Shown in pieces: positions 27,645 to 35,773 of a stretch of 64,000 bases of DNA. The DNA is from a virus. The DNA lies in IMG/VR virus record IMGVR_UViG_3300033405_000004, positions 93,323-157,322 of that record. One strand, given 5' to 3'. Below the pieces are notes generated by a model that did not search any database, was not told the origin of the DNA, and saw nothing but the letters and a program-made list of their open reading frames with translations. How positions within the stretch are numbered: the stretch's first letter is position 1; each line of letters opens with the position of its first letter. Both the position numbers and the translations under genes were made by a program.

Positions 27645-28257
27645 GGGGGTGTACCGGATTCGATCCGGTCGTGACCGGGGCCCCTGCACGCCGGGCGATC
27701 CGACCTCACCCCGTAAAACTGCGGCCGGAACCATAGACGGCAACGACTATGACCAAAAGGTGATCAAGGTGGACTTCTCGAAGTCCGCCGAGGTCGCCCT
27801 GGCGGCCGCCTAAGCGGCCGCCCGCCGAGCCCCGACGCCTGCTGAGGGCCACGGCGACGCAGCAGGCGAAAACGGCGGCGGACTCAGCGTCGGAGAAGGG
27901 TGACTGGGTCCAAACCGACTTCGGCCGGGGTTGCCCAACCCACTCGTTGACAAACGGCGGCCGGCCCTTTGGTTGGGGACCGCTCCGCACTGGCTTGTCA
28001 GCGCAAGCCGAAAGGCGCGGACAAAACCGCGGGCACTTGCGAGGTCGCCAACCCATGCCAATGGGGACTCCTGGTAGGGCGACGCGTCCGGGGCTCACAC
28101 CCCGGGTTTTGCCGACAAGGCCGGGTCACGCGATGTCACGCAATGAAATGGAAGCGCCGGAAGTGCACGGGGGCGCGCCCCCGAACGATGCACGCAAGCC
28201 GGTTCTAACCCGGATCGAGGATAGCCCTGGGGGCCGGCGACCCCTGCGCTGACGCCA
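27645..28257 (+). ncRNA. ssrA: tmRNA-like RNA, tag (A)GNDYDQKVIKVDFSKSAEVALAAA*, with a non-canonical 3' domain
   Basis: 5' GGGGGTG..GGATTCGA, pk1-like CCCCGTAAAA, ATAGAC then resume codon 27739, stop 27811-13 in hairpin GGCGGCCGC/GCGGCCGCC, three pseudoknots to ~27980. The 3' boundary is inferred. Confidence 0.85.
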
Positions 28258-28264
28258 TTTTCCC

Positions 28265-28354
28265 ATGATGATTGCCTGCTCCATCCTGGCGGCCTGGCTC
28301 CTCTGGAAACTGCTCCATCGGTGGAGCGAGGACGCTCCCCGCGACTATGAGTGA
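28265..28354 (+). CDS. Possible 29-aa membrane peptide
   Basis: MMIACSILAAWLLWKLLHRWSEDAPRDYE fills the gap. Confidence 0.35.
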   Translation: MMIACSILAAWLLWKLLHRWSEDAPRDYE

Positions 28355-28364
28355 TAGTTAGGGC
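28355..28364 (+). promoter_or_regulatory. Representative late promoter TAGTTA-N4-start
   Basis: Same motif and spacing at about 13 gene starts (listed in findings). Confidence 0.8.
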
Positions 28365-28652
28365 ATGCCGAACGCGCGCCAGATTCTCGAAAGCCTCGTC
28401 GAAGACGAGGCCGTCCGCATCGGCCCGCCGCCGCGGGTGAAGTCCCTTACCGACCGGGAGTGGCTGGCCTGGAAGGACAGGCTCACCCCGCAGCAGTGGG
28501 AGGCCCTGGGGAGGGTGCGGGAGCGCTGGGACTGGGTGGCCGACCCGGGGTTCCTGCCGCTGGAGAAGTGCCTGATGGTCCACGTCGGCTCGAACGAGAC
28601 CGGGGCGGAGATGTGGCTCGGCATCGAGACCGATGGCCACACCCACTCCTGA
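28365..28652 (+). CDS. Small putative virion-internal protein
   Basis: TAGTTA-N4-ATG, N-terminal ARQILESLVE tag. Confidence 0.7.
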   Translation: MPNARQILESLVEDEAVRIGPPPRVKSLTDREWLAWKDRLTPQQWEALGRVRERWDWVADPGFLPLEKCLMVHVGSNETGAEMWLGIETDGHTHS

Positions 28653-29859
28653 CCTGCACGTCCCGCCCTACGACGGGTTCTGGCTCCGCCCCGACGGGCG
28701 GCTGTACCTCGTCGGGATCAAGGAGGAGCACGACGCGTGGGCGGAGGACTACTTGAGGCTTCCCAGCAACGTCTACGGCGACGCCAGGGAAAAGCTCCTG
28801 GCCATGGGCTGGTGGCGCGGCGTCAGGGAGACCGACGCCCGCGAGGAGGTCATCGGCGTCAACGGCGAGAGGCCGCTGACCAGCCGCCAGCGCGCGACCC
28901 TGGAGGAGGTGGGGATGGAGAACGGCATCCCCGTGGTGGCCTACTGGCCCGACCCGGAGGAGACGATCTATTCGCCGCCGGAGATGGCGGTGGCCGAGGC
29001 CCGGCTCCCGTACGTGCCCCGCGGCTTCTGGCTCACCCAGGCGGGGAAGGTGTACGACGTGGGCCTGGACGACCACGACCTCTGGGCGGCCGACTTCCTC
29101 GACTTCAAGCGGCCCGCGGACAGCGACGACCCCACTTATGGTGACAGCTCGCAGATCCTTCTGCGGCGCGGCTGGTGGCGGGCCGTGCTCATCGACGAGC
29201 AGTACATCGCCAACGGCGACATCGCGCTCACCCGCGCCCAGCGCGGGGTCCTGGAGGAGATGGGCCTGGAGGCCGGCGTCCCGGTGCTGGCCTACCTGGG
29301 GGCGCCGAGCTGGGAGGGCGGCGGGGAGCCGGAGGTGGTCTTCTCGCCGCCGACGGAAGTCGCGGAGGCCTTCGGGCGCGGCAAGCCGCTCGAACCGGCC
29401 ACGGTGGAAAGGCTCAGGGCGAGGCTGACGCGGGGCATGGAGGTCTGGCGGGGGTTCAGGCGGCCGGGCCAGAAGCCGGCCGACCCCGGCGACCTCGGCC
29501 AGGGCGCCTACCACAGCACCTCGCGCTCGCGGGCGTCCGGCTACGGCGAGCCCCGGCGGGTCGTCCTGCGTCTGCGCAACCCCCTCATCCTCTCGGCCGG
29601 CGAGGCCTACGACCAGGTCGCCGACCGGTTCGGCACGATCAGCGGGGTGGCCGGCGAGCCGCAGCACGGCGCCGGAGACATGGGGGCGCGGGCCCTGCGC
29701 TCGGCCGAGGCGACGGCGGCCCTCGTGCGGGCGGGGTACGACGGGCTGGTGGCCGTCAACCCGCACCGTTACGGCGGCCTGGGCGGCGAGATCGAAATCG
29801 TCCAGTTCCCGGCCGTCTCCGAGGAGGCCTGCCGGCTCGTCGACGCGTTGCTGGCGTGA
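28633..29859 (+). CDS. Tandem-domain protein with a C-terminal ADP-ribosyltransferase-like domain
   Basis: Two GFWL..G..Y..HD.WA..GWWR repeats, then VWRG / YHSTS / LRNPL / GYDG / EIE. Confidence 0.7.
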   Translation: MATPTPDLHVPPYDGFWLRPDGRLYLVGIKEEHDAWAEDYLRLPSNVYGDAREKLLAMGWWRGVRETDAREEVIGVNGERPLTSRQRATLEEVGMENGIPVVAYWPDPEETIYSPPEMAVAEARLPYVPRGFWLTQAGKVYDVGLDDHDLWAADFLDFKRPADSDDPTYGDSSQILLRRGWWRAVLIDEQYIANGDIALTRAQRGVLEEMGLEAGVPVLAYLGAPSWEGGGEPEVVFSPPTEVAEAFGRGKPLEPATVERLRARLTRGMEVWRGFRRPGQKPADPGDLGQGAYHSTSRSRASGYGEPRRVVLRLRNPLILSAGEAYDQVADRFGTISGVAGEPQHGAGDMGARALRSAEATAALVRAGYDGLVAVNPHRYGGLGGEIEIVQFPAVSEEACRLVDALLA

Positions 29860-29878
29860 TCCAGTTCTTCCTTACCCG

Positions 29879-30715
29879 ATGAGGAAGATCTACGCCACGT
29901 TCAGCGGGGACAAGTACCACGACACCACCCGCGAGATAGTCAGGCGCGCCCCCCTGTTCGGGGTCGACGAAGTTTGGGTCTACGACGACCACTGGCTCAG
30001 GACCAAGCGCGCGGAGTACTGCGCCCAGAACAAGTGGCTCTTCGAGCACCGCTGCCACACCGGCCCGCCGAGGGAGCCGTCGTTCCACGACGAGCCAGGC
30101 CCCCGCGGGGTGAACTGGTTCGCGTTCAAGCCGTTCGTCGTCCTGGACGCGCTCGAACGCGCCGTGCCGGGCGACCTCGTCCTCTTCACCGACGCCGACA
30201 CCTACCCCATCGCGCCCCTGCAGGTCCTGTACGACATCTGCCAGCGCGATGGTCTCATGCTCTTCTCGGCCGTCGGCAACTGGCACAGCCGCTGGTGCAA
30301 GCGGGAGTGCTTCGCCGTCATGGGCCAGGACGAGCCCCGCTGGCGCGACGTGCAGCACGCCGTCGCCCGCTTCATGCTCTTCAGGAGGCCGGAGCGCATG
30401 AGCGCCTCCCGGCCGGTCCAGATGCTCTGGGAATGGTTCACCTACACCCTGAACCCGCTCGCCACCACCTTCACCCAGACCGGCAGGCTGGGCCTCCCGG
30501 AGTACCCGGAGTTCTACGAGCACCGCTGCGAGCAGGCCATCCTCACCAACCTGGCCCACAAGTACGGCTTCCGGCTGTACCGCGAGGCCTGCGCGTACGG
30601 GAACTCGGTCAAGGACGACCTGGACCTCTACCCGCAGCTGTTCGAGCAGATCGGCGGCCACAGCTACGGCCCCGTGCGCGGGCAGGGCAGCATGTTCAGG
30701 AACATCGAGGACTGA
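29879..30715 (+). CDS. Glycosyltransferase-like protein
   Basis: WFAFKPFVVLDAL..GDLVLFTDAD..EHRCEQAILTNL. Confidence 0.7.
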   Translation: MRKIYATFSGDKYHDTTREIVRRAPLFGVDEVWVYDDHWLRTKRAEYCAQNKWLFEHRCHTGPPREPSFHDEPGPRGVNWFAFKPFVVLDALERAVPGDLVLFTDADTYPIAPLQVLYDICQRDGLMLFSAVGNWHSRWCKRECFAVMGQDEPRWRDVQHAVARFMLFRRPERMSASRPVQMLWEWFTYTLNPLATTFTQTGRLGLPEYPEFYEHRCEQAILTNLAHKYGFRLYREACAYGNSVKDDLDLYPQLFEQIGGHSYGPVRGQGSMFRNIED

Positions 30716-30764
30716 TTTTCTGTTCTTACACCGTTGCTGGTTCAATCCCCAACTCCCTGAAAAC

Positions 30765-30986
30765 ATGATCTACGTCTATATCGCGCTCGTTGTCCTGTTC
30801 GTCATCGTGATCCTCGTGCACTTCTTCGGCAGGAAGGCCCTCGCCAAGGCGAAGGCTGAGCTCGCCGTCCTGAAAGCTGACGCTGAAGCCGACCTCGCCG
30901 CCGCGAAGGCGGATCTCCAGAAGGCCGACGCCGCCCTTGAGGCGAGGGTTAAGGTCGTCGAAGCCTGGATCAAGAGCAAGACCTGA
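30765..30986 (+). CDS. Membrane-anchored coiled-coil protein
   Basis: N-terminal TM followed by an Ala/Lys heptad tail. Confidence 0.7.
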   Translation: MIYVYIALVVLFVIVILVHFFGRKALAKAKAELAVLKADAEADLAAAKADLQKADAALEARVKVVEAWIKSKT

Positions 30987-30991
30987 GCCGT

Positions 30992-32359
30992 TTACGGCCA
31001 GACGGCGCCCTGGAGCTGGTCGAGGGCGTTGGCTATGCTCGTGGGTGGCGACGGCCACTTGTTCGAGTGTGCGGGGGTGTACATCCCGGAGATGACCACC
31101 GCGTTGTGCGACCCGTCGCTGGTGACGGCGATGGTGGTGCCGTCGCCGGCGATGCTCTTGAAGGGGAGGTTGACGCCTGACTTCGGCAGCACCAGCCCGA
31201 CGCCGATCATGCCGGCGTTCGAGGCCGTGTTGGCCTCGCCGCCCGTGCCGGTGCCGACGGTAGTTGCCAGGCCGAACTTTCCGGCCTCCCGGAAGTAGGC
31301 CACGTTGGGGTTCGAGAGGTCCGTCGCGCCCTTCTGGACGATCAGCCAGCCCCTGAAGCAGGCCCGGCTGGCTATCGGGTTGATCGCTACTGAGTTCTGG
31401 ATGTCGGCCTTCGCATCGTTCAGCGTGTCGTAGATCCGCTGCCCGATGCCTAGGCCGGTCAGGTTGATGATTGGGAAATGGAACAGCAGCTGGATCGTCC
31501 AATAGGTGTCCGGCACGGTGGCCAGGTGCCCGGAGCCGTCGTCCCAGTGGTTCGGGTCGATGTTGGGCGTGGGTGGGAGCTCGATCCAGCCCCCCTGGCC
31601 GTCTTGGTAGGCGGAGATGAAGTAGAGGTAGCCGGCACCCTGGCTCGGACATGTCGTGATGTTGGGCGATTTCGGGTCGATCCCGAAGTTGCCGCCCGGG
31701 ACGAACGAGTGCCCGGCGGTTTTTGTGAGGTAGGGGCCGCTCGCCCCGCTGGCCCCGGCGTAGACGTTCCCGTCGACGTTGAAGACGCCGAACTGGGCGA
31801 GGAAGTCCTCCACCGTCTTGGCGTGGTCCGGGATCAGCCAGGGCGTGCCCTCCGCGTAGGCGATGACGCCGCCCGAGTGCCCCAGGGCGCCGAGTTCGAT
31901 GGCGTCGCGCGTGTCGTCCGGCGTGAAGTCCGTGTCCGAGATCTGGAACGACCCGTTTGAGTCGATGGCGACGAAGGAGGCGTCGGTGGTGGCCGCGTAG
32001 GGGTCCGTGAGGCCCGGCAGGGTGCCCCAGCTGACCAGCGTCCGCACGGGGTTGGTCGGGTCGGTGTAGTTGTTGACAATGACCCCGGTGCCCGCGGCGA
32101 TGCCGAACGTCGTCGTGCCGGGCGTGAACGAGAGCCCCCCGCCGCTGATCAGGCCCGTGCCCATGATGTTGTTGAGGAGGTCGAAGTCCTGCGACCCGCC
32201 GCCGGAGCCGGTGGCCCCCTGGTAGCCCTGCGGGCCTGTGGCGCCCTGGAACCCCTGGTAGCCCTGCGGGCCGAGGTAGGGGTTCGGGAGGTAGAACGCC
32301 TCCAGGTACTGCGCGCCCTGTGGGCCGGTGTACCCGTAGTAATACCCGTAATAAGGCAT
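30992..32359 (-). CDS. Virion fibre/decoration protein with a short collagen-like segment
   Basis: GPQGYQGFQGATGPQG, G/T/S-rich beta body. Confidence 0.75.
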   Translation of the reverse strand: MPYYGYYYGYTGPQGAQYLEAFYLPNPYLGPQGYQGFQGATGPQGYQGATGSGGGSQDFDLLNNIMGTGLISGGGLSFTPGTTTFGIAAGTGVIVNNYTDPTNPVRTLVSWGTLPGLTDPYAATTDASFVAIDSNGSFQISDTDFTPDDTRDAIELGALGHSGGVIAYAEGTPWLIPDHAKTVEDFLAQFGVFNVDGNVYAGASGASGPYLTKTAGHSFVPGGNFGIDPKSPNITTCPSQGAGYLYFISAYQDGQGGWIELPPTPNIDPNHWDDGSGHLATVPDTYWTIQLLFHFPIINLTGLGIGQRIYDTLNDAKADIQNSVAINPIASRACFRGWLIVQKGATDLSNPNVAYFREAGKFGLATTVGTGTGGEANTASNAGMIGVGLVLPKSGVNLPFKSIAGDGTTIAVTSDGSHNAVVISGMYTPAHSNKWPSPPTSIANALDQLQGAVWP

Positions 32360-32363
32360 GGTG

Positions 32364-33527
32364 CTAGCCGATGAGCTGGGTGACCAGCGTCCGGGCGTAG
32401 AGCTTGTCGCCGACCACGCGCTGCACGTCGGCGGCGATCTCGCTGATGAGCCTCCCGGTGTTCAGGCGGTGGTAGGCCCCCTTCAGCAGCGGCGGGAGGA
32501 TGCGCCGGTAGGCGGCGTCCATGAGTTCGAGGTAGCGCCGGCAGCTCTCGTCCATGTCCTCGCTCAGCTTGAGGTCCATGCCGGCGGCGTAGTAGTTGAG
32601 GCTGCCCTGGCGCTCCGTGAGCCGGGCGTAGGCGACCTCCGGGGGCACCACGCAGTGGAAGACGACGTCGGGGACCCGCAGGCCCCTGTAGAGGGCGAGC
32701 AGCGCCGACTCGTCGACGCCGCGGAGGGAGTCGCGCACGAGGCTCGTGTAGAGGTAGCGGTCGCAGAGGACCGTCCTGCCCTCCTGCAGCGCCGGGGCGA
32801 TGACGGTCTCGTACCGCTCGACCAGGTCGGCGGCGTGGAGGAGGGAGAAGAGGAGCGGCGACAGCGACTGCTCCTCCTTCGCCTGCCGGATGAGCGGGGC
32901 GAAGCGGGCGCTGCTGTTCCACTTGGTGGCGACCGCCGGCTGGCGGTTGGATTCCAGCCACTCCTGGAGCTTCCGGTGCTGCGTGGACTTGCCGGACCCG
33001 TCCGGCCCCTCGAAGGCGATGAGCAGGCCCCGCCTGGACTCGACGATCGGGTGCGCCGCCGCGAGGGCCGCGAGGGACTCGTGGACCGCCAGGGCCGCCG
33101 CGACCAGGGAGCCGGTCTGGGTCAGCCTGCCCGCCTCCCTGGCGGGGACCCACTCCAGGGCCTTCTCGTCGCTCGACGCCTTGGCCTCGGTGCCCGGGGG
33201 CACCCTGGTGGTGTAGAAGTGGAGGCCGCCCAGCTTGCCCACGTAGGTGAGCCTGTCGGCGGGCGCGTCGATGCCGGTCTCCTCGCGCAGCTCCCGGCTG
33301 GCGGCCTGCGCGGGGTCCTCGCCCGGCCGCAGGTGGCCGCCGGGGAAGTCGTGCGCCGCGCCCTTCTTGACCCCGACCAGCACCTCCGGCCAGGGGGCGC
33401 CTACGTAGCCGGGCGGGATGGCCGTCCCCGCGGCGCCGGGGTCGCGCCCCGGGCGCACCACGATGACGTGCGCGCCCTCCTTCAGGTCGCCGGGGTCCTT
33501 CTCGATCAGGGCGTGGATGCGGTTCAC
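32364..33527 (-). CDS. tmk: Nudix hydrolase - thymidylate kinase fusion
   Basis: Nudix box GGHLRPGEDPAQAASRELREETG, then FEGPDGSGKST and LCDRY. Confidence 0.9.
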   Translation of the reverse strand: MNRIHALIEKDPGDLKEGAHVIVVRPGRDPGAAGTAIPPGYVGAPWPEVLVGVKKGAAHDFPGGHLRPGEDPAQAASRELREETGIDAPADRLTYVGKLGGLHFYTTRVPPGTEAKASSDEKALEWVPAREAGRLTQTGSLVAAALAVHESLAALAAAHPIVESRRGLLIAFEGPDGSGKSTQHRKLQEWLESNRQPAVATKWNSSARFAPLIRQAKEEQSLSPLLFSLLHAADLVERYETVIAPALQEGRTVLCDRYLYTSLVRDSLRGVDESALLALYRGLRVPDVVFHCVVPPEVAYARLTERQGSLNYYAAGMDLKLSEDMDESCRRYLELMDAAYRRILPPLLKGAYHRLNTGRLISEIAADVQRVVGDKLYARTLVTQLIG

Positions 33528-33541
33528 GCCCTAACTACGGT

Positions 33542-34384
33542 TCACTTCGGGGGCGGGTCCTTCGGGTCGTGCTTGTCCCTGTACCGCTGGTCGTCCCGGC
33601 CGGTGTAGCCGTACGGCTTGCCGTCGACCGCGTCGTAGAACCAGGAGTGCTGCTTCCGGCCGAACTGGGCGTGGGTGACGTCCAGGCCGAGAACCACGTT
33701 CTTGAGGCCGGCGTCGACGCACCGCTGCCCGTAGTCCTCCCACACGCACCAGGCGGTGAAGCCCTCGTCTAGGTAGCCCACCCTTCCGACGACGTGCCGG
33801 GGGTAGCTGATGGGGCCGGAGTTCATGTGGTCCCGCTCGACGAACTCGCCGTGCTTCAGCCACGTCCTCCGGTCGGGGAGCGGCGCCTCCGACCGGGACC
33901 AGAACGAGCTGGCGAGGTTCGGCTCGCCGCGGACGCTGTACCCGTCGCGGCTGCCGATGATGCCCAGGCTGGGGCCGTAGGCTTCGAGCACCCTCTGCAC
34001 CTCGGCGTGGATGGGCCGGTTGAACCGCTCGTCGTCCTGCGGGGCCACCAGGACGTCGCAGTCGGTGCGCTCCACGAAGTGCCTGAGCAGGATGTTGTGG
34101 CCCCCGACTTCGCGCACCTCCTTGTCGGGCTTGAAGACCGTGTACTTGAAGGGCTTCCTCGGCGCGGTCTCGTAGCCGAGGTCGTACGGGTAGAACTTGA
34201 ACCCCCGGTGCTCCAGCCAGAAGCTCTCCATGTGCTCGAAGGCCTGGTCCGTGCCGTCCTTCGGGGCGTCGAGCACGAAGGCCAGCTCGGTGTTGCCCGG
34301 GTCGAAGTTCTCGACGATCCCGTCGAGCAGGTAGGCCAGCATGTCGGCCCGGCACCAGATGTGGTAGCCCAGGAGGATCTTCAT
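33542..34384 (-). CDS. Glycosyltransferase family 2-like
   Basis: GGHNIL, PQDD, VGYLDEGF..WEDY. Confidence 0.75.
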   Translation of the reverse strand: MKILLGYHIWCRADMLAYLLDGIVENFDPGNTELAFVLDAPKDGTDQAFEHMESFWLEHRGFKFYPYDLGYETAPRKPFKYTVFKPDKEVREVGGHNILLRHFVERTDCDVLVAPQDDERFNRPIHAEVQRVLEAYGPSLGIIGSRDGYSVRGEPNLASSFWSRSEAPLPDRRTWLKHGEFVERDHMNSGPISYPRHVVGRVGYLDEGFTAWCVWEDYGQRCVDAGLKNVVLGLDVTHAQFGRKQHSWFYDAVDGKPYGYTGRDDQRYRDKHDPKDPPPK

Positions 34385-34842
34385 CAGGGGTTAGAACTAG
34401 GCCCAGACCAGCCGGTGGGCGTGGATCTGCCGTCGTTTGAGGCTTTCCCGCACCTGCCGTATGAAGGTGGGGAGTGGGCTCTTGCGGGCGGCGCGGAGGC
34501 AGGGCTGGCGCCGGACGGGGGCGTCGTCCAGATGGCCAGCCTCCGGCAGGCCCGCAGGGGGCGCCAACTCTCCCGGGGTTCCGTCATCAGCTCGTGGATG
34601 AACCGCTGCCAGCGCAGGCGCGCGGCCTTCAGCCTGGCCTGCTCCTCGCTGTAGTCCCCATAGGAGCTGCTGGCGATGTTCGTGTAGTAGCCCTGCTGGT
34701 ATCGGGGGTACGTGTTGGTCGAGGGGCCGATGGTCGAGTTGTCCCCGCAAAAGGGCCAGAGCGTCATCGTGTTGCCGATGATGCTGATCCGGTAGGCTGT
34801 GCCCGCGGTGACGATTCCGATTCCGTCGTTGGGGGCCATCAA
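34384..34842 (-). CDS. Hypothetical protein, possibly frameshifted near 34535
   Basis: Codon bias moves to another frame that ends at TAG 34397. Confidence 0.45.
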   Translation of the reverse strand: MMAPNDGIGIVTAGTAYRISIIGNTMTLWPFCGDNSTIGPSTNTYPRYQQGYYTNIASSSYGDYSEEQARLKAARLRWQRFIHELMTEPRESWRPLRACRRLAIWTTPPSGASPASAPPARAHSPPSYGRCGKASNDGRSTPTGWSGPSSNP

Positions 34843-34964
34843 GCTTTCCTCTTGGCTAGTGAACTGATGATTAGCCGGTCGACGGCCTTGCGCTCCCTCC
34901 TGGTCATGTTGTGCCTTCGGCCATTGGCGATTTTCAAAAGGCCGTGCTTGGCGTCACTGTTCAT
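34839..34964 (-). CDS. 41-aa hypothetical protein
   Basis: MNSDAKHGLLKIANGRRHNMTREERKAVDRLII..., overlaps neighbours at both ends. Confidence 0.45.
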   Translation of the reverse strand: MNSDAKHGLLKIANGRRHNMTRRERKAVDRLIISSLAKRKA

Positions 34965-35169
34965 CTGGCCGGGTGTTGAGAACCTCTTCGGGGATCAGGC
35001 AGCAAGCCGTGTCGACGTGCCTCCACTCAAGGTGGAGGTGCTGGGCGCAGGCCTTCACCCCCAGGGACGCCGCGTCCGCCGGCGTGTCCGCCCACTGCCA
35101 TCCGGCGCTCAGGGCGAGGGTGCCGTCCGGCCTCAGGAAGGCCAGGGCGACGCTGTAGAGGTTCTTCAA
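34954..35169 (-). CDS. Hypothetical protein
   Basis: Operon position, coding bias. Confidence 0.55.
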   Translation of the reverse strand: MKNLYSVALAFLRPDGTLALSAGWQWADTPADAASLGVKACAQHLHLEWRHVDTACCLIPEEVLNTRPDEQ

Positions 35170-35175
35170 GGTTCA

Positions 35176-35577
35176 CTAATTATCGGGCTGGGTGGGCCGG
35201 TACACGTAGTGGTAGAACTCGTTCCTCTTGGTCGGGCTGTAGCGGCGCTTCCGCATCAGGTGCTGCCCAAGCCGCTCATCCCATACGTGCATCACGTAGA
35301 GGGCGGTGCGAAACTTGCGCGCGGCGCGCTCCAAGGCGTCCATCGCCTCCGCGAACGCCCCGTTGTGCGGCTCCTCGTTGGCCCCGTCGACCAGGTAGGC
35401 TGCGGAGGCGTCCCGGAGCATGGCCAGCCGCCCGGCGAAGGTGCCCCGGCGGAACCGGTGGACGATCAGGCCGGGGTCGGCGGAGCAGGGCGTGAGTGTG
35501 AAGCCGCGCGCCCGGAGCTCGGCGAGGTAGGCGCCTTCGGCGGGTTCGGCGGGGAGAGGGGGGCGTTGGTCTGGCAT
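35176..35577 (-). CDS. Hypothetical protein
   Basis: Operon position, coding bias. Confidence 0.6.
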   Translation of the reverse strand: MPDQRPPLPAEPAEGAYLAELRARGFTLTPCSADPGLIVHRFRRGTFAGRLAMLRDASAAYLVDGANEEPHNGAFAEAMDALERAARKFRTALYVMHVWDERLGQHLMRKRRYSPTKRNEFYHYVYRPTQPDN

Positions 35578-35578
35578 G

Positions 35579-35773
35579 TTAGAAGGAGCTGAAGTAGGGG
35601 GGAGGGTGGTGGTTCCAGGTGGATGCCATGTAGGCTGCGAAGGCGAGGATGAGGAAGACCATGCTCACGACCACGCAGGTCCCGCGCCGCCGCACGAGGC
35701 AAAAGAGTCCGATGAGGGCGATGATCACCTGAAGGGCGAAAAAAGTTAGGCTAATGGCGTGCAGGGGTTCCAT
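35579..35773 (-). CDS. Small 2-TM membrane protein
   Basis: Hydrophobic, abuts the ligase stop. Confidence 0.6.
   Translation of the reverse strand: MEPLHAISLTFFALQVIIALIGLFCLVRRRGTCVVVSMVFLILAFAAYMASTWNHHPPPYFSSF

Noticed and set aside
28199-28215. GCCGG-TTCTAAC-CCGGA as a tRNA/tmRNA T-arm
   Set aside because: The loop is non-canonical and is not followed by an acceptor strand and CCA.
27991-28257. Group I intron, RNase P RNA or c-di-GMP riboswitch as the identity of the tmRNA 3' domain
   Set aside because: There are only partial look-alike words (GAGGATAGCCC, CAACCCATGCCAA, GCCGAAAGGC). The core pairings could not be built, and no tmRNA 3' exon follows.
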